64,000 nt of DNA from Eubacteriales bacterium (GTDB lineage: Bacteria; Bacillota; Clostridia; Oscillospirales; JAAYXM01), in contig JAZOAI010000027.1 of the NCBI GenBank assembly GCA_045595365.1, positions 1,268-65,267 on the forward strand, written 5' to 3'. Under the pieces are notes generated by a model. The model was given only the letters and a program-made list of their open reading frames with translations, was not told the origin of the DNA and ran no database searches. How positions within the stretch are numbered: position 1 is the stretch's first letter; the number at the start of each line of letters is the position of its first letter. Made by a program: the position numbers and the translations under genes. Shown here piece after piece: positions 29,475 through 44,299 of the stretch.

Positions 29475-32400
29475 CTAAATTTCCGTCTCAACAGGTTCTT
29501 CAGGCACTTCAGCTTTGTGTTCCATATCAAATTCACGGTACATTTTCATACCGGAACCTGCAGGAATGAGCTTACCTATGATAACGTTTTCCTTAAGGCC
29601 GACGAGCGGATCAATCTTACCTTTGATTGCGGCATCGGTAAGGACACGCGTTGTCTCCTGGAAGGATGCTGCTGAGAGGAATGAATCCGTAGCAAGAGCT
29701 GCCTTTGTGATACCGAGGAGAATCGGCGTGCAGGTAGCCTTTGTGAGAGCTTCCTCACCCGCTGCAATTCTTGCCTCAATCTTTGCATTCTCGTTTTCAA
29801 GCTCAAAGAAATCGACCATCGCGCCCGAGATAAGGCCTGTATCACCTGCTTCATTGACCGTAACCTTCTTAAGCATACGGCTGACTATAACCTCAATGTG
29901 GCGGTCGTTGATATCAACACCCTGCTGGCGGTAAACGCGCTGAACTTCCTGAATAAGATAATTCTGAACAGCTGAAACTCCGAGGATGCGAAGGACATCG
30001 TGAGGATTGAGCGCACCTTCCGTAAGCTCTGCGCCGACTGCAACCTCGTCGCCCTCCGAAACCTTTACGATTGCACCGAACGGAAGCGGGTAGCTCTTTG
30101 TTTCGCCGTCTTCCTTATTTGTGACGTTGATTGCACGCGGAACGTTCTTCTTTATCTCATCAAATGAAACAACACCTGCAATCTCAGACAGGATTGCCAT
30201 CTTCTTCGGCTTGCGGCCTTCAAAGAGTTCTACAACACGCGGGAGACCCTGTGTAATATCATCACCCGCGACACCACCGGTGTGGAACGTTCTCATTGTG
30301 AGCTGCGTTCCCGGCTCACCGATTGACTGAGCAGCAATAACACCGACAGATTCACCAATGCTTGCAGGCTCACCGGATGCAAGGTTTGCGCCGTAGCACT
30401 TTGCACAAACACCGTGTTTTGCGCGGCATTTGAGAACTGAACGGATTTTTATGCGCTCAATGCCCGTGGCTATAATCTTATCTGCATCGTCAGAAGTCAT
30501 AAGCTTATCTGTAGAAACGAGAACGTTTCCGTCTTTATCGCAGATATCCTCTGCAAGGTATCTGCCAACAAGTCTGTCGCGGAGCGGCTCAATGGTCTGA
30601 CCTCCGTCACGGATTTCAAAGACTTCAATTCCATCAGTTGTTCCGCAGTCATGCTCACGGATGATAACATCCTGAGAAACGTCAACAAGACGGCGGGTAA
30701 GGTAACCCGAGTCAGCTGTACGGAGAGCTGTATCAGCAAGACCTTTACGCGCACCACGGGATGAGATGAAATACTCAAGAACCGAGAGGCCTTCACGGAA
30801 GTTTGCCTTGATCGGAATTTCGATTGTCTTACCTGCGGTGTTCGCCATAAGTCCGCGCATACCCGCAAGCTGACGAATCTGATTCATAGAACCACGAGCA
30901 CCGGAGTTTGCCATCATATATATCGGATTGAAGTGGTCAAGAGCATTTTCAAGAGCCTTTGTAACATCATTTGTTGTTTTTGTCCACTCCTCGATAACAA
31001 GGCGATAGCGCTCATCGTTTGTTATAAATCCGCGCTGGAATTTCTTTTCGATATCTGCAATAGCCTTTTCAGAATTCTTGATATATTCATACTTTTCTTC
31101 CGGGATAACCATATCGGAAACTGAAATCGTTATCGCGCCCTTAGTGGAGTATTTATATCCGAGATTCTTAAGGTCATCAAGAAGCTCTGCAGTTTTTGTG
31201 AAGCCGTGCTTGTGGATAGCCTTGTTGATAATCTTTCCGAGTTCCTTCTTTGTAACAAGGAAGTTTACTTCAAGGTCAAGCTTTTTGTCCTCGTCTGTTC
31301 TGTCTACGAAGCCGAGATCCTGCGGGACCGGTTCGTTGAAGATGAGGCGGCCTGCCGTACAGTCAATAATCTTTGAGCATTCGACTCCGTCAATCTCGCG
31401 TGTTACGCGGAGCTTGATGGGTGCATGGAGCCCGATTATCTTATTATCAAGAGCAAGGATAACCTCTTCCATACTTCCGAATACTTTTCCTGCTCCCGGC
31501 TCATCACGCTCGATTGTGAGGTAATATGCACCGAGAACCATATCCTGTGACGGAACCGTAACCGGGAAACCGTCCTGCGGCTTTAAGAGGTTGTTTGCAG
31601 AAAGCATAAGGAAACGAGCTTCTGCCTGCGCCTCTGCCGAAAGCGGAACGTGAACAGCCATCTGGTCACCGTCGAAGTCAGCGTTAAACGCCGTACATAC
31701 AAGCGGATGGAGCTTAAGAGCGCGCCCCTCAACAAGAACGGGCTCAAACGCCTGAATACCGAGGCGGTGAAGTGTCGGCGCACGGTTTAAGAGAACCGGG
31801 TGGTCCTTGATTATTGTGTCAAGAGCATCCCAGACCTCGGGCTTTGCACGCTCAACCATTTTCTTTGCGCTCTTGATGTTATTGGCGATTCCGCCTGCAA
31901 CAAGCTTTTTCATAACAAACGGCTTGAAAAGCTCAAGAGCCATTTCCTTCGGAAGACCGCACTGGTAGAGCTTAAGCTCAGGGCCTACAACGATAACCGA
32001 ACGGCCTGAGTAGTCTACGCGCTTTCCGAGAAGATTCTGCCTGAAGCGGCCCTGCTTACCCTTAAGCATATCTGAAAGGGATTTGAGCGGGCGGTTGTTC
32101 GGCCCTGTTACAGGGCGACCGCGACGGCCGTTGTCAATAAGTGCGTCAACCGCTTCCTGAAGCATACGCTTTTCGTTTCTGACGATAATGTCAGGCGCGT
32201 TGAGAGACAAAAGCCTCTTTAAGCGGTTATTTCTGTTTATAACACGGCGGTAGAGGTCGTTGAGGTCACTTGTTGCGAAACGACCGCCGTCGAGCTGTAC
32301 CATCGGGCGGATTTCCGGCGGAATGACCGGAAGAACAGTAAGAACCATCCATTCGGGGCGGTTTCCCGATGAGCGGAAAGCCTCAACAACTTCAAGACGC

Positions 32401-33020
32401 TTAATAAGGCGAAGCTTTTTCTGCCCTGTTGCATCTTCAAGCTCGTGGTGAAGCTCTTCGCTGAGCTTGTCAAGGTCAATTTCAGCAAGAAGCTCGCGGA
32501 TAGTCTCCGCGCCCATTCCCGCTTTGAAATCATCCTCATACTTAAGGCGATAATCGCGGTATTCCTTTTCGTTGAGAACCTGACCCTTTTCGAGTGGTGT
32601 ATCACCCGGATCGGTTACTATATACAAAGCAAAGTATAATATCTTCTCAAGAATACGCGGAGAAATATCAAGGATAAGCCCCATACGTGACGGGATTCCC
32701 TTGAAATACCAGATGTGGGAAACAGGAGTTGCAAGCTCTATATGGCCCATGCGCTCACGGCGAACCTTAGCCTTTGTGACTTCAACGCCGCAACGGTCAC
32801 ATATCTTGCCCTTGTATCTGATCTTCTTATACTTTCCGCAATGACATTCCCAGTCCTTCATCGGGCCAAAGATTTTTTCGCAGAAAAGCCCCAGTGGCTC
32901 CGGCTTTAAGGTTCTGTAGTTGATGGTTTCAGGCTTTACTACCTCACCATAAGACCAAGAGTAGATCTTTTCCGGTGAAGCAAGACCTATTTTGATAGCT
33001 TCAAAGGTCGTATAACTCAT
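29475..33020 (-). CDS. rpoC: DNA-directed RNA polymerase subunit beta'
   Basis: It has the NADFDGD catalytic motif and the zinc-binding CHCGKYK...CDRCG. 1181 aa. Confidence 0.98.
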   Translation of the reverse strand: MSYTTFEAIKIGLASPEKIYSWSYGEVVKPETINYRTLKPEPLGLFCEKIFGPMKDWECHCGKYKKIRYKGKICDRCGVEVTKAKVRRERMGHIELATPVSHIWYFKGIPSRMGLILDISPRILEKILYFALYIVTDPGDTPLEKGQVLNEKEYRDYRLKYEDDFKAGMGAETIRELLAEIDLDKLSEELHHELEDATGQKKLRLIKRLEVVEAFRSSGNRPEWMVLTVLPVIPPEIRPMVQLDGGRFATSDLNDLYRRVINRNNRLKRLLSLNAPDIIVRNEKRMLQEAVDALIDNGRRGRPVTGPNNRPLKSLSDMLKGKQGRFRQNLLGKRVDYSGRSVIVVGPELKLYQCGLPKEMALELFKPFVMKKLVAGGIANNIKSAKKMVERAKPEVWDALDTIIKDHPVLLNRAPTLHRLGIQAFEPVLVEGRALKLHPLVCTAFNADFDGDQMAVHVPLSAEAQAEARFLMLSANNLLKPQDGFPVTVPSQDMVLGAYYLTIERDEPGAGKVFGSMEEVILALDNKIIGLHAPIKLRVTREIDGVECSKIIDCTAGRLIFNEPVPQDLGFVDRTDEDKKLDLEVNFLVTKKELGKIINKAIHKHGFTKTAELLDDLKNLGYKYSTKGAITISVSDMVIPEEKYEYIKNSEKAIADIEKKFQRGFITNDERYRLVIEEWTKTTNDVTKALENALDHFNPIYMMANSGARGSMNQIRQLAGMRGLMANTAGKTIEIPIKANFREGLSVLEYFISSRGARKGLADTALRTADSGYLTRRLVDVSQDVIIREHDCGTTDGIEVFEIRDGGQTIEPLRDRLVGRYLAEDICDKDGNVLVSTDKLMTSDDADKIIATGIERIKIRSVLKCRAKHGVCAKCYGANLASGEPASIGESVGVIAAQSIGEPGTQLTMRTFHTGGVAGDDITQGLPRVVELFEGRKPKKMAILSEIAGVVSFDEIKKNVPRAINVTNKEDGETKSYPLPFGAIVKVSEGDEVAVGAELTEGALNPHDVLRILGVSAVQNYLIQEVQRVYRQQGVDINDRHIEVIVSRMLKKVTVNEAGDTGLISGAMVDFFELENENAKIEARIAAGEEALTKATCTPILLGITKAALATDSFLSAASFQETTRVLTDAAIKGKIDPLVGLKENVIIGKLIPAGSGMKMYREFDMEHKAEVPEEPVETEI

Positions 33021-33034
33021 ACCATTTTTCCTCC

Positions 33035-36733
<3,699 letters not shown>

Positions 36734-36958
36734 CAGAAATCACTCCTGTTGAACTCAGGCAGGTCTCCTGCCCTGTATTTTTTGCTGCATCCGCAGCCTG
36801 ACCCCTGTTTTCTCAAGGCTTGACAAGGAAGGTTCAAAGCCCGAAGAAACACCCGGGAAAGTTGTTGATTTTTCGCTGATATTTGTTGCTTTTTTCAATT
36901 AAATGCAATAAAATAAAAATGTAATAGTGCAAATTACCGCATTATAATTGAGACTATC

Positions 36959-36988
36959 ATTTTATCACTTATTTTGCAACATTGTCAA
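36959..36988 (-). promoter_or_regulatory. Candidate sigma-A promoter for rpoBC
   Basis: On the minus strand TTGACA, an 18-nt spacer and TAAAAT lie ~220 nt upstream of the rpoB ATG. Confidence 0.4.
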
Positions 36989-37062
36989 CCCGACACACAA
37001 AAATCAGCACAATGCATAAGCATCGTGCTGATTTTTTATATATTTTTATGCAAAATCACAAT

Positions 37063-37971
37063 TCAGCGAGTCATACTTTCCTCAAGAACCTCTAAATTAT
37101 GCCGCACCGCATCAATATACGCATTTTTTGTGTTGTCATCGAGCTTGCCGCCCGTGAGAGTATCAAGCACAAAAACCTTGCAGCCCGTTTCTCTCTTAAC
37201 CGCTTTCATGGCAGCGCTTTGAGAATCGCCTTCCGAAACATAAACCGCATCAATATTATCCTTCTCCATATGCTCTACAACCTCAGCTATCTGCTTTGGC
37301 GACGCAGAGCTTCCGCCGTGCCCGGAGAGAAGCTTTATCACGTTGAACCCGAACTCATCCGCAAAATAGTCAAACGATTCATCGAAAACTATCATATCGC
37401 GTTTATTTATCTTTTCACATCTTTCGCTGCTCTCCGAAAGGAGTTGCGTAAGCTTTTCTTTATACTCTGCCGCGTTCTTTTCATAAATCTCCGAATTTTC
37501 CGGATTGAGCCTTATGAGCGTTCGTGCTATTTTGTCACACTGACTTATTGCATTTTCTATATTCATCCAATAGTGGGAGTTGTTCCCGCCCTCCCCTTTC
37601 AGGGTCTTGGGAATGTCTTCTCCGCTGTCGAGAACCTCAAGGTTCGGAAGCCCGAGAATGTTTTTCCCTACAAACGCTTCCATATCCATGCCGCTTGCAA
37701 TAAATAGGTCAGCAGCGGAAAGTTTTTTCATATCGTTCGTCGTAAGCGCATAATCATGCATACAACCATAATCGGTTTTTGTGAGATTAGCAAGAGAAAC
37801 ATTCTCTGCCCCGTCAATCAGGTTGAGCGCTACTACATAAACGGGATAAAATGACGTAATCACCCGAAACTCGCCATCACTGCCGCTCTGATAACTATTT
37901 TCTCCACATGCGGAAAAAGAGACGACAAGAGTAAGCAATAAGCAAAGCGACAAAAGCCTTTTCATAGTCAA
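37063..37971 (-). CDS. Metal ABC transporter substrate-binding lipoprotein (ZnuA/TroA family)
   Basis: It has the lipobox VSFSAC, plus YGCMHDY, NSHYWM and VFDESFDYF. No ABC ATPase or permease gene is adjacent. Confidence 0.8.
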   Translation of the reverse strand: MTMKRLLSLCLLLTLVVSFSACGENSYQSGSDGEFRVITSFYPVYVVALNLIDGAENVSLANLTKTDYGCMHDYALTTNDMKKLSAADLFIASGMDMEAFVGKNILGLPNLEVLDSGEDIPKTLKGEGGNNSHYWMNIENAISQCDKIARTLIRLNPENSEIYEKNAAEYKEKLTQLLSESSERCEKINKRDMIVFDESFDYFADEFGFNVIKLLSGHGGSSASPKQIAEVVEHMEKDNIDAVYVSEGDSQSAAMKAVKRETGCKVFVLDTLTGGKLDDNTKNAYIDAVRHNLEVLEESMTR

Positions 37972-38471
37972 TTCTCCTCTTTATGTTGTTTTTTCTTCAT
38001 CAGTTTTTCTATCATCTTAAACAAAGGAAGCCCTGCGCCATAGCACGCGACAGCCTGCCCTGCCCCTACCGTGAGAATATTGTACCATAACGGAAGCGCT
38101 TCCATCCCATCTACAAGCACATATGTGAGCATCGCGCCGACAAACAGCGCATTTATGACAACAGCGGGAAGCGGAAGGAGCCATTTGTTCTTAATCTTAG
38201 CTGCCATATATGAGGCAATGAACGTTGCCGCCGTTCCTACCAGGACATCCCAAGGCAGTGTAAGCCCGAATGACATCCCGATAACATTTGCGAGGAAGCA
38301 GCCTAAAGTCAGCCCTATAACCGCTTCTCCCATAAAAAACGGAAGAATGCAGAGCGCTTCACTTATGCGAAGCTGGATGGGGCCAAAGGAAAGCGGCGAA
38401 AACGCGAAGGTCAGAACCGCGTATGCCGCAGCGACAAGCGCAGTGCGTGCAACACGAGAGGTTTTGTTCAT
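37968..38471 (-). CDS. queT: Queuosine-precursor transporter QueT (ECF S-component family)
   Basis: A 167-aa multi-TM protein with the motif ALVAAAYAVLTF.FSPLSFGPIQLRISEAL. Its stop overlaps the downstream ATG (ATGA). Confidence 0.75.
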   Translation of the reverse strand: MNKTSRVARTALVAAAYAVLTFAFSPLSFGPIQLRISEALCILPFFMGEAVIGLTLGCFLANVIGMSFGLTLPWDVLVGTAATFIASYMAAKIKNKWLLPLPAVVINALFVGAMLTYVLVDGMEALPLWYNILTVGAGQAVACYGAGLPLFKMIEKLMKKKQHKEEN

Positions 38472-38504
38472 GGTTATCCTCCAAACATAAATTAAATTTT
38501 CCTA

Positions 38505-38533
38505 ATTATATCAAAAAACCAATTATTTTTCAA
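38505..38533 (-). promoter_or_regulatory. Sigma-A promoter for queT
   Basis: On the minus strand TTGAAA, a 17-nt spacer and TATAAT leave a leader of only ~30 nt before the ATG. Confidence 0.7.
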
Positions 38534-38563
38534 GTATACTTTCACGCCCCTCAGGTGCGCGGC

Positions 38564-38600
38564 AAAAGAACAGAGCAGATATCGAATCCGATATCTGCTC
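38564..38600 (-). terminator. degV terminator
   Basis: A 12-bp stem gagcagatatcg/cgatatctgctc is followed by a T-rich tract on both strands. Confidence 0.7.
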
Positions 38601-38656
38601 TTTTTGAGGGGCGCTTTTTCGTAAAAGCACGTACAATATTCAATTGTTATTAAATT

Positions 38657-39508
38657 TTACTTTTCCAAAAACAGGACTCCGAGAGTTCCCGGGCCGCAGT
38701 GGGTGGAAATCGTACAGCTTGCGCGGGAGATGTAAATTTCTTCAAAAATCCCGGCTTCCTCAACCTGCCGCTTCACCGCCGCGAGCCTTTCGTCTGACAC
38801 GCCGGAATGGGTTATATACATACGCTTTCCGTCAATATCGGGGTATTTTTCAAACTGTTCTGCAACATACTGAGAAAGAACGCGGTCCATATTTCCGCGG
38901 TACTTCTTTGCAGCGTGAAGCTCGCCTGTTTTGTTGTCAACCTCAATCGAAACCTTAAGGCCGAGCACGCCTGCGGCAAGCGCCGCAACGCCTGAGCATC
39001 TTCCGCCCGCTTTCATAAAGTCGAGAGTTTCAAGAACAAAGCTGCAGTGGCTCTTCTCCCGAAGGGCAGACACCTCTTCAACTATCTGTTCTGCGCCCAT
39101 TCCCTCGGCGATTCTGTCGCCTGCTTCCATAACAAGAAGCGCGATAGCTGATGAAACATTTCTCGAATCTATGACATAAACTCCGGGAAGCTCTGCCGCC
39201 GCAAGAACACACGACTGATAGCTGCTCGTTATTGCAGAAGAGAGTGTGAAGTGGATGACTTCACAGCCTTCATCTGTCCACTTTTTGAAATATTCTATAT
39301 ATTCTGCCGTGTTTATCGCCGAGGTTTTCGGCAAAATCTTTTTTTCGCGGAAAGTCTTATAAAGGTCATCCGGCATTATATCAACGCCGTCAAGGTACGT
39401 CTTATCCTCAAGGGTTATCGGATATGAAATGAGATTTACGGAATATTTTTCCGCAAGCTCTTTCCCGATATCGCAAGTGCGGTCTGCACTGAGAATAATC
39501 TTTGGCAT
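38657..39508 (-). CDS. DegV family fatty-acid-binding protein
   Basis: The N-terminus IILSADRTCD and the overall 283-aa DegV pattern fit. Confidence 0.85.
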   Translation of the reverse strand: MPKIILSADRTCDIGKELAEKYSVNLISYPITLEDKTYLDGVDIMPDDLYKTFREKKILPKTSAINTAEYIEYFKKWTDEGCEVIHFTLSSAITSSYQSCVLAAAELPGVYVIDSRNVSSAIALLVMEAGDRIAEGMGAEQIVEEVSALREKSHCSFVLETLDFMKAGGRCSGVAALAAGVLGLKVSIEVDNKTGELHAAKKYRGNMDRVLSQYVAEQFEKYPDIDGKRMYITHSGVSDERLAAVKRQVEEAGIFEEIYISRASCTISTHCGPGTLGVLFLEK

Positions 39509-39534
39509 ATCTTTTCCCTCTCTTTTAAGATTAA

Positions 39535-40257
39535 TTATTCCTCTTCCCAGTTGTGATATACATTCTGAACGTCGTCGTTATCGTCAAGCATATCAAGAAG
39601 CTTCTGCATATTTTTGATGTCATCCTCGCCCTCAAGCTTCATATAGTTCTGCGGAACAAGCTCAGCCTCTGCTGAAACTACGTTATACCCCGCGGCGGTG
39701 AGCGCCTCGCTGACGGATGAAACCGCTGTCGGGTCACAATAGACCTCTGCCGCCTCTTCCGAAACCTCAACGTCATCAGCGCCGGCATCAAGGCACGCCA
39801 TCATGAGCTCATCCTCATCAGTTTCTCCGCGCTCGAGGATAACAATACCCTTATTGTCAAACTGCCAGCTTACGCACCCGCTCGCGCCGAGGTTCCCGCC
39901 GAACTTGTCAAAATAATGGCGCATCTCCGAGGCTGTCCGGTTTCTGTTGTCCGTCATCGTCTCAACGATTACGGCAACGCCACACGGCCCGTAACCCTCA
40001 TATACTATTGTTTCATAGTTTGCGCCGTCAGCACCTGATGCGCGCTCAATTATGCGCTTGATGTTGTCGTTGGGAACGTTGTTCGCCTTAGCTTTCGCGA
40101 TGCACGCGGCAAGCTTCGAGTTGCTGACCGGGTCGGGCCCGCCCTCTTTGACCGCAACAGACATCTCGCGGCCAATTTTTGTGAAAATCTTTGCGCGCTG
40201 AGCATCTGTTTTTTCTTTTTTATGCAGAATATTTTTCCATTTTGAGTGTCCTGACAT
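39535..40257 (-). CDS. YebC/PmpR family DNA-binding transcriptional regulator
   Basis: The sequence begins MSGHSKWKNI.HKK...DA.RAKIFTK. Confidence 0.9.
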   Translation of the reverse strand: MSGHSKWKNILHKKEKTDAQRAKIFTKIGREMSVAVKEGGPDPVSNSKLAACIAKAKANNVPNDNIKRIIERASGADGANYETIVYEGYGPCGVAVIVETMTDNRNRTASEMRHYFDKFGGNLGASGCVSWQFDNKGIVILERGETDEDELMMACLDAGADDVEVSEEAAEVYCDPTAVSSVSEALTAAGYNVVSAEAELVPQNYMKLEGEDDIKNMQKLLDMLDDNDDVQNVYHNWEEE

Positions 40258-40347
40258 TGTATTTCCTCATTCCTTATAATCTTACATATCAGTATACATC
40301 ATCACAATGAATTTTTCAAGACAATTAAACTAATTTTACTTTTCTTT

Positions 40348-40377
40348 GAATAATCCTCGACAAATTTGTGCAGACTA
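40348..40377 (+). promoter_or_regulatory. Candidate forespore (sigma-G-like) promoter
   Basis: GAATA, an 18-nt spacer and CAGACTA compare with my recalled sigma-G consensus GHATR-18-CATXHTA (one mismatch). The site lies ~55 nt upstream of the 37-aa ORF. Confidence 0.3.
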
Positions 40378-40430
40378 TGAATACATCATTGTGAAAACAG
40401 TGGTGATACACTTTTATGAGGTGACTTTAA

Positions 40431-40544
40431 ATGTCAAAGGAAAACTACCAGAACAACCAGAGCCAGAGCAACCAGAACAACCAGCAGAACAAAAACAATC
40501 AGAATCAGAGCAACAACAAGAAGAACGAAAGCGAAAGCTACTAA
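40431..40544 (+). CDS. Small N/Q-rich protein (37 aa), possible minor spore protein
   Basis: ATG at 40431 has GAGGTGA 7 nt upstream. The translation is MSKENYQNNQSQSNQNNQQNKNNQNQSNNKKNESESY. The stop is followed 12 nt later by a strong terminator. It overlaps the track ORF 40346..40633 in another frame. Confidence 0.5.
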   Translation: MSKENYQNNQSQSNQNNQQNKNNQNQSNNKKNESESY

Positions 40545-40556
40545 GCTGGCTCAGAG

Positions 40557-40590
40557 AAAAGCTCCGGATTTTTCCGGAGCTTTTCTTATT
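40557..40590 (+). terminator. Rho-independent terminator after the 37-aa ORF
   Basis: The stem aaaagctccgga/tccggagctttt is followed by a T-rich tract. Confidence 0.75.
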
Positions 40591-40617
40591 GACTTTAGCT
40601 ATATTTTGCATTATACT
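40589..40617 (+). promoter_or_regulatory. Candidate sigma-A promoter for dinB
   Basis: TTGACT, a 17-nt spacer and TATACT are followed by the inverted repeat ATCATTataAATGAT. Confidence 0.5.
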
Positions 40618-40659
40618 TATATTATCATTATAAATGATAATACGAAAGGAGGTATCTTT

Positions 40660-41868
40660 TTGGAACAGGCAATACTTCACTGTGACTTAAACTCTTTTTT
40701 TGCATCTGTCGAAGAAGTCAGAAACCCCGAGCTTCGCGCATATCCCGTTGCCGTCTGCGGTGACCCTAAAAAACGCCACGGAATTATTCTTGCAAAAAAC
40801 GAAAAGGCAAAGGCGTTTGGGGTAAAAACTGCAGAAACCATCTGGAAGGCGCTTAAAAAATGCCCGAACCTCGTTCTTGTGCCTCCGCATTATGATGACT
40901 ATGCTAAATATTCAAAAATCGTGAACGATATTTACCTGAGGTATACAGACCTCGTCGAGCCCTTCGGCATCGACGAATCCTGGCTTGACGTCACGGGGTC
41001 ATTACACCTTTTCGGAACTCCGCGGGAAATTGCAGATGATATCCGCCGCGTCGTTTTTTCCGAAACGGGGCTTACGGTATCTGTCGGCGTGTCATTTACC
41101 AAATCTTTTGCAAAGCTCGGAAGTGACTATAAAAAGCCGGATGCAACAACAGAAATCTCCCGCGGGAACTTCAAAACCATAGTCTGGCCGCTTCCCGTTT
41201 CTGACCTTCTCTTTGTAGGGCGGAGTACGAAAGACGTTTTTTCGCGGCTCGGAATTAAAACCATCGGAGACCTCGCGCAAAGCTCGCGGGAAATGATTAT
41301 CGCGCATCTCGGAAAAAACGGCGAGCTTCTCCATAACTATGCAAACGGGATTGACGACTCTCCCGTTCAGTCAGCCTTTGAGGAGACTGACCCGAAATCC
41401 ATAGGCCGCGGAATCACCTTCCCTCACGACCTCACCGACATCACCGAAATCCGCACGGCGCTTACAGCGCTTTCAGATGACGTTGCCTCTCGCCTTCGCC
41501 GCCATAATAAGCGGGCGTGTTCTGTTTCCCTCACCGTTCGCGACCCCGCCTTTAAAACAAGCTCAAGGCAAAAAACACTCTCTCGCCCCACCCACCTTTC
41601 AAGCGAAATTCTCGCTGCCTGCATTGAGCTTTATAAAAAGCATTATGCCCGCGCCACAGCTCCTGTCCGTATGCTTACTGTCACTGCCGCGACACTTCTT
41701 GATGAGGAAGATGCTTCAGGTATGCAGATTTCCCTTTTCGGAGAGGATGAGATGTACCAGAAGCGCGAAAACGTTGAAATGACGATGGATGAAATCCGGC
41801 GCAGGTTCGGCCGCAGCTCGATGACCCATGCCTCACTCTTAAACGGAGACTTTTCGATTGAAAAATAG
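40660..41868 (+). CDS. dinB: DNA polymerase IV (Y-family)
   Basis: The motifs ILHCDLNSFFASVE, IDESWLDV and a SxGxS motif are present. I chose the TTG at 40660, 7 nt after AAGGAGG. Confidence 0.9.
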   Translation: MEQAILHCDLNSFFASVEEVRNPELRAYPVAVCGDPKKRHGIILAKNEKAKAFGVKTAETIWKALKKCPNLVLVPPHYDDYAKYSKIVNDIYLRYTDLVEPFGIDESWLDVTGSLHLFGTPREIADDIRRVVFSETGLTVSVGVSFTKSFAKLGSDYKKPDATTEISRGNFKTIVWPLPVSDLLFVGRSTKDVFSRLGIKTIGDLAQSSREMIIAHLGKNGELLHNYANGIDDSPVQSAFEETDPKSIGRGITFPHDLTDITEIRTALTALSDDVASRLRRHNKRACSVSLTVRDPAFKTSSRQKTLSRPTHLSSEILAACIELYKKHYARATAPVRMLTVTAATLLDEEDASGMQISLFGEDEMYQKRENVEMTMDEIRRRFGRSSMTHASLLNGDFSIEK

Positions 41869-41918
41869 CTCGAAAAACCTTGACAAATCCCCTATTTTGG
41901 GTGTATTATATTTTTTAA

Positions 41919-43412
<1,494 letters not shown>

Positions 43413-43423
43413 CAGAAAACATT

Positions 43424-43456
43424 AAAACCGGATGTGGAAAGCCACATCCGGTTTTT
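43424..43456. terminator. Bidirectional terminator between guaB and the PNP gene
   Basis: The stem aaaaccggatgtgg/ccacatccggtttt has A and T runs on both sides. Confidence 0.75.
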
Positions 43457-43459
43457 CTA

Positions 43460-44281
43460 TTACATCTTCGAAATTGCGGCGGAAACGAGCTTTTTGAAAT
43501 CTCCTCCGATTCGTTCTGCCATTTGCTTTATATCCTCGTGGGTAAGCGGTGCCGCATTCAGCCCTGCCGCCATATTGGATATGCAGCTTATCCCGCAGAC
43601 ACGCATCCCCGCGTGGCGCGCCGCCATCGCCTCACACGCGGTGCTCATTCCCACGGCATCTGCGCCCCAGAGCGCATATGTGCGGATTTCCGCAGGTGTT
43701 TCGTAATTCGGCCCTGAGGTCTGGATATATACACCCTCAAAAAGCTTCACGCCCTGGCCCTTCGCCGCTTCTTTTATTATTTCTCGCAGTTCTTTATCGT
43801 AAACGCAGCTCATATCCGGAAACCGTGTTCCCAGCTCTTCTATATTCTCACCCGCAAGAGGCGACGGCACAAGGCTTGAGATATGATCCTTTATCATCAT
43901 AAGCGCACCTTCACCAAAGCTTTTGTTAATTCCGCCCGCAGCGTTTGTGAGAAAAAGAATTTCCGCCCCCATAAGCTTCATAAGGCGAATGGGAAGAACA
44001 ACCTCCTGCATGCTGTATCCTTCGTAGAAATGCACTCTCCCCTGCATCATAACCGTAGGGACTCCTTCTATATACTTAAAAACAAACCGTCCCTTATGTC
44101 CGACGACTGACGAAACGGGAAACCCCGGAAGCTCGTCATACGAAATCTCGGCAACAATATCATCGCCCTCTGCAAATTCGCCGAGCCCGGAGCCTAAAAC
44201 CAGCGCAACCTTGGGGACAAAGTCCGTCTTTTCTCTCACGGCGTCAAGCGCCAAAAGAAGTTTTTTATACATATCCGTCAC
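43460..44281 (-). CDS. Purine nucleoside phosphorylase (PunA type)
   Basis: The motifs LVLGSGLG, GHKGRFV, GRVHFYEGY, TNAAGG and GMSTACE are present. Confidence 0.9.
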   Translation of the reverse strand: MTDMYKKLLLALDAVREKTDFVPKVALVLGSGLGEFAEGDDIVAEISYDELPGFPVSSVVGHKGRFVFKYIEGVPTVMMQGRVHFYEGYSMQEVVLPIRLMKLMGAEILFLTNAAGGINKSFGEGALMMIKDHISSLVPSPLAGENIEELGTRFPDMSCVYDKELREIIKEAAKGQGVKLFEGVYIQTSGPNYETPAEIRTYALWGADAVGMSTACEAMAARHAGMRVCGISCISNMAAGLNAAPLTHEDIKQMAERIGGDFKKLVSAAISKM

Positions 44282-44299
44282 TTTATTCTCCTCCGAATT

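Noticed and set aside
38472-38656. Possible preQ1 riboswitch upstream of queT, including the nested pairing cgcccctca...tgaggggcg around a hairpin.
   Set aside because: A near-consensus promoter (38505-38533) sits downstream of these structures and leaves only a ~30-nt leader with no preQ1-like sequence. The hairpin with T-runs is better explained as the degV terminator.
40346-40633. 95-aa track ORF with PEQPEPEQ repeats and a C-terminal hydrophobic tail.
   Set aside because: It starts at TTG without an RBS and reads through a strong terminator hairpin and the dinB promoter. An overlapping 37-aa ORF with RBS and terminator fits the signals better.
40545-40659. LexA/SOS box upstream of dinB.
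   Set aside because: No GAAC-N4-GTTC-type sequence is present. There is only a small ATCATT/AATGAT inverted repeat of unknown meaning.
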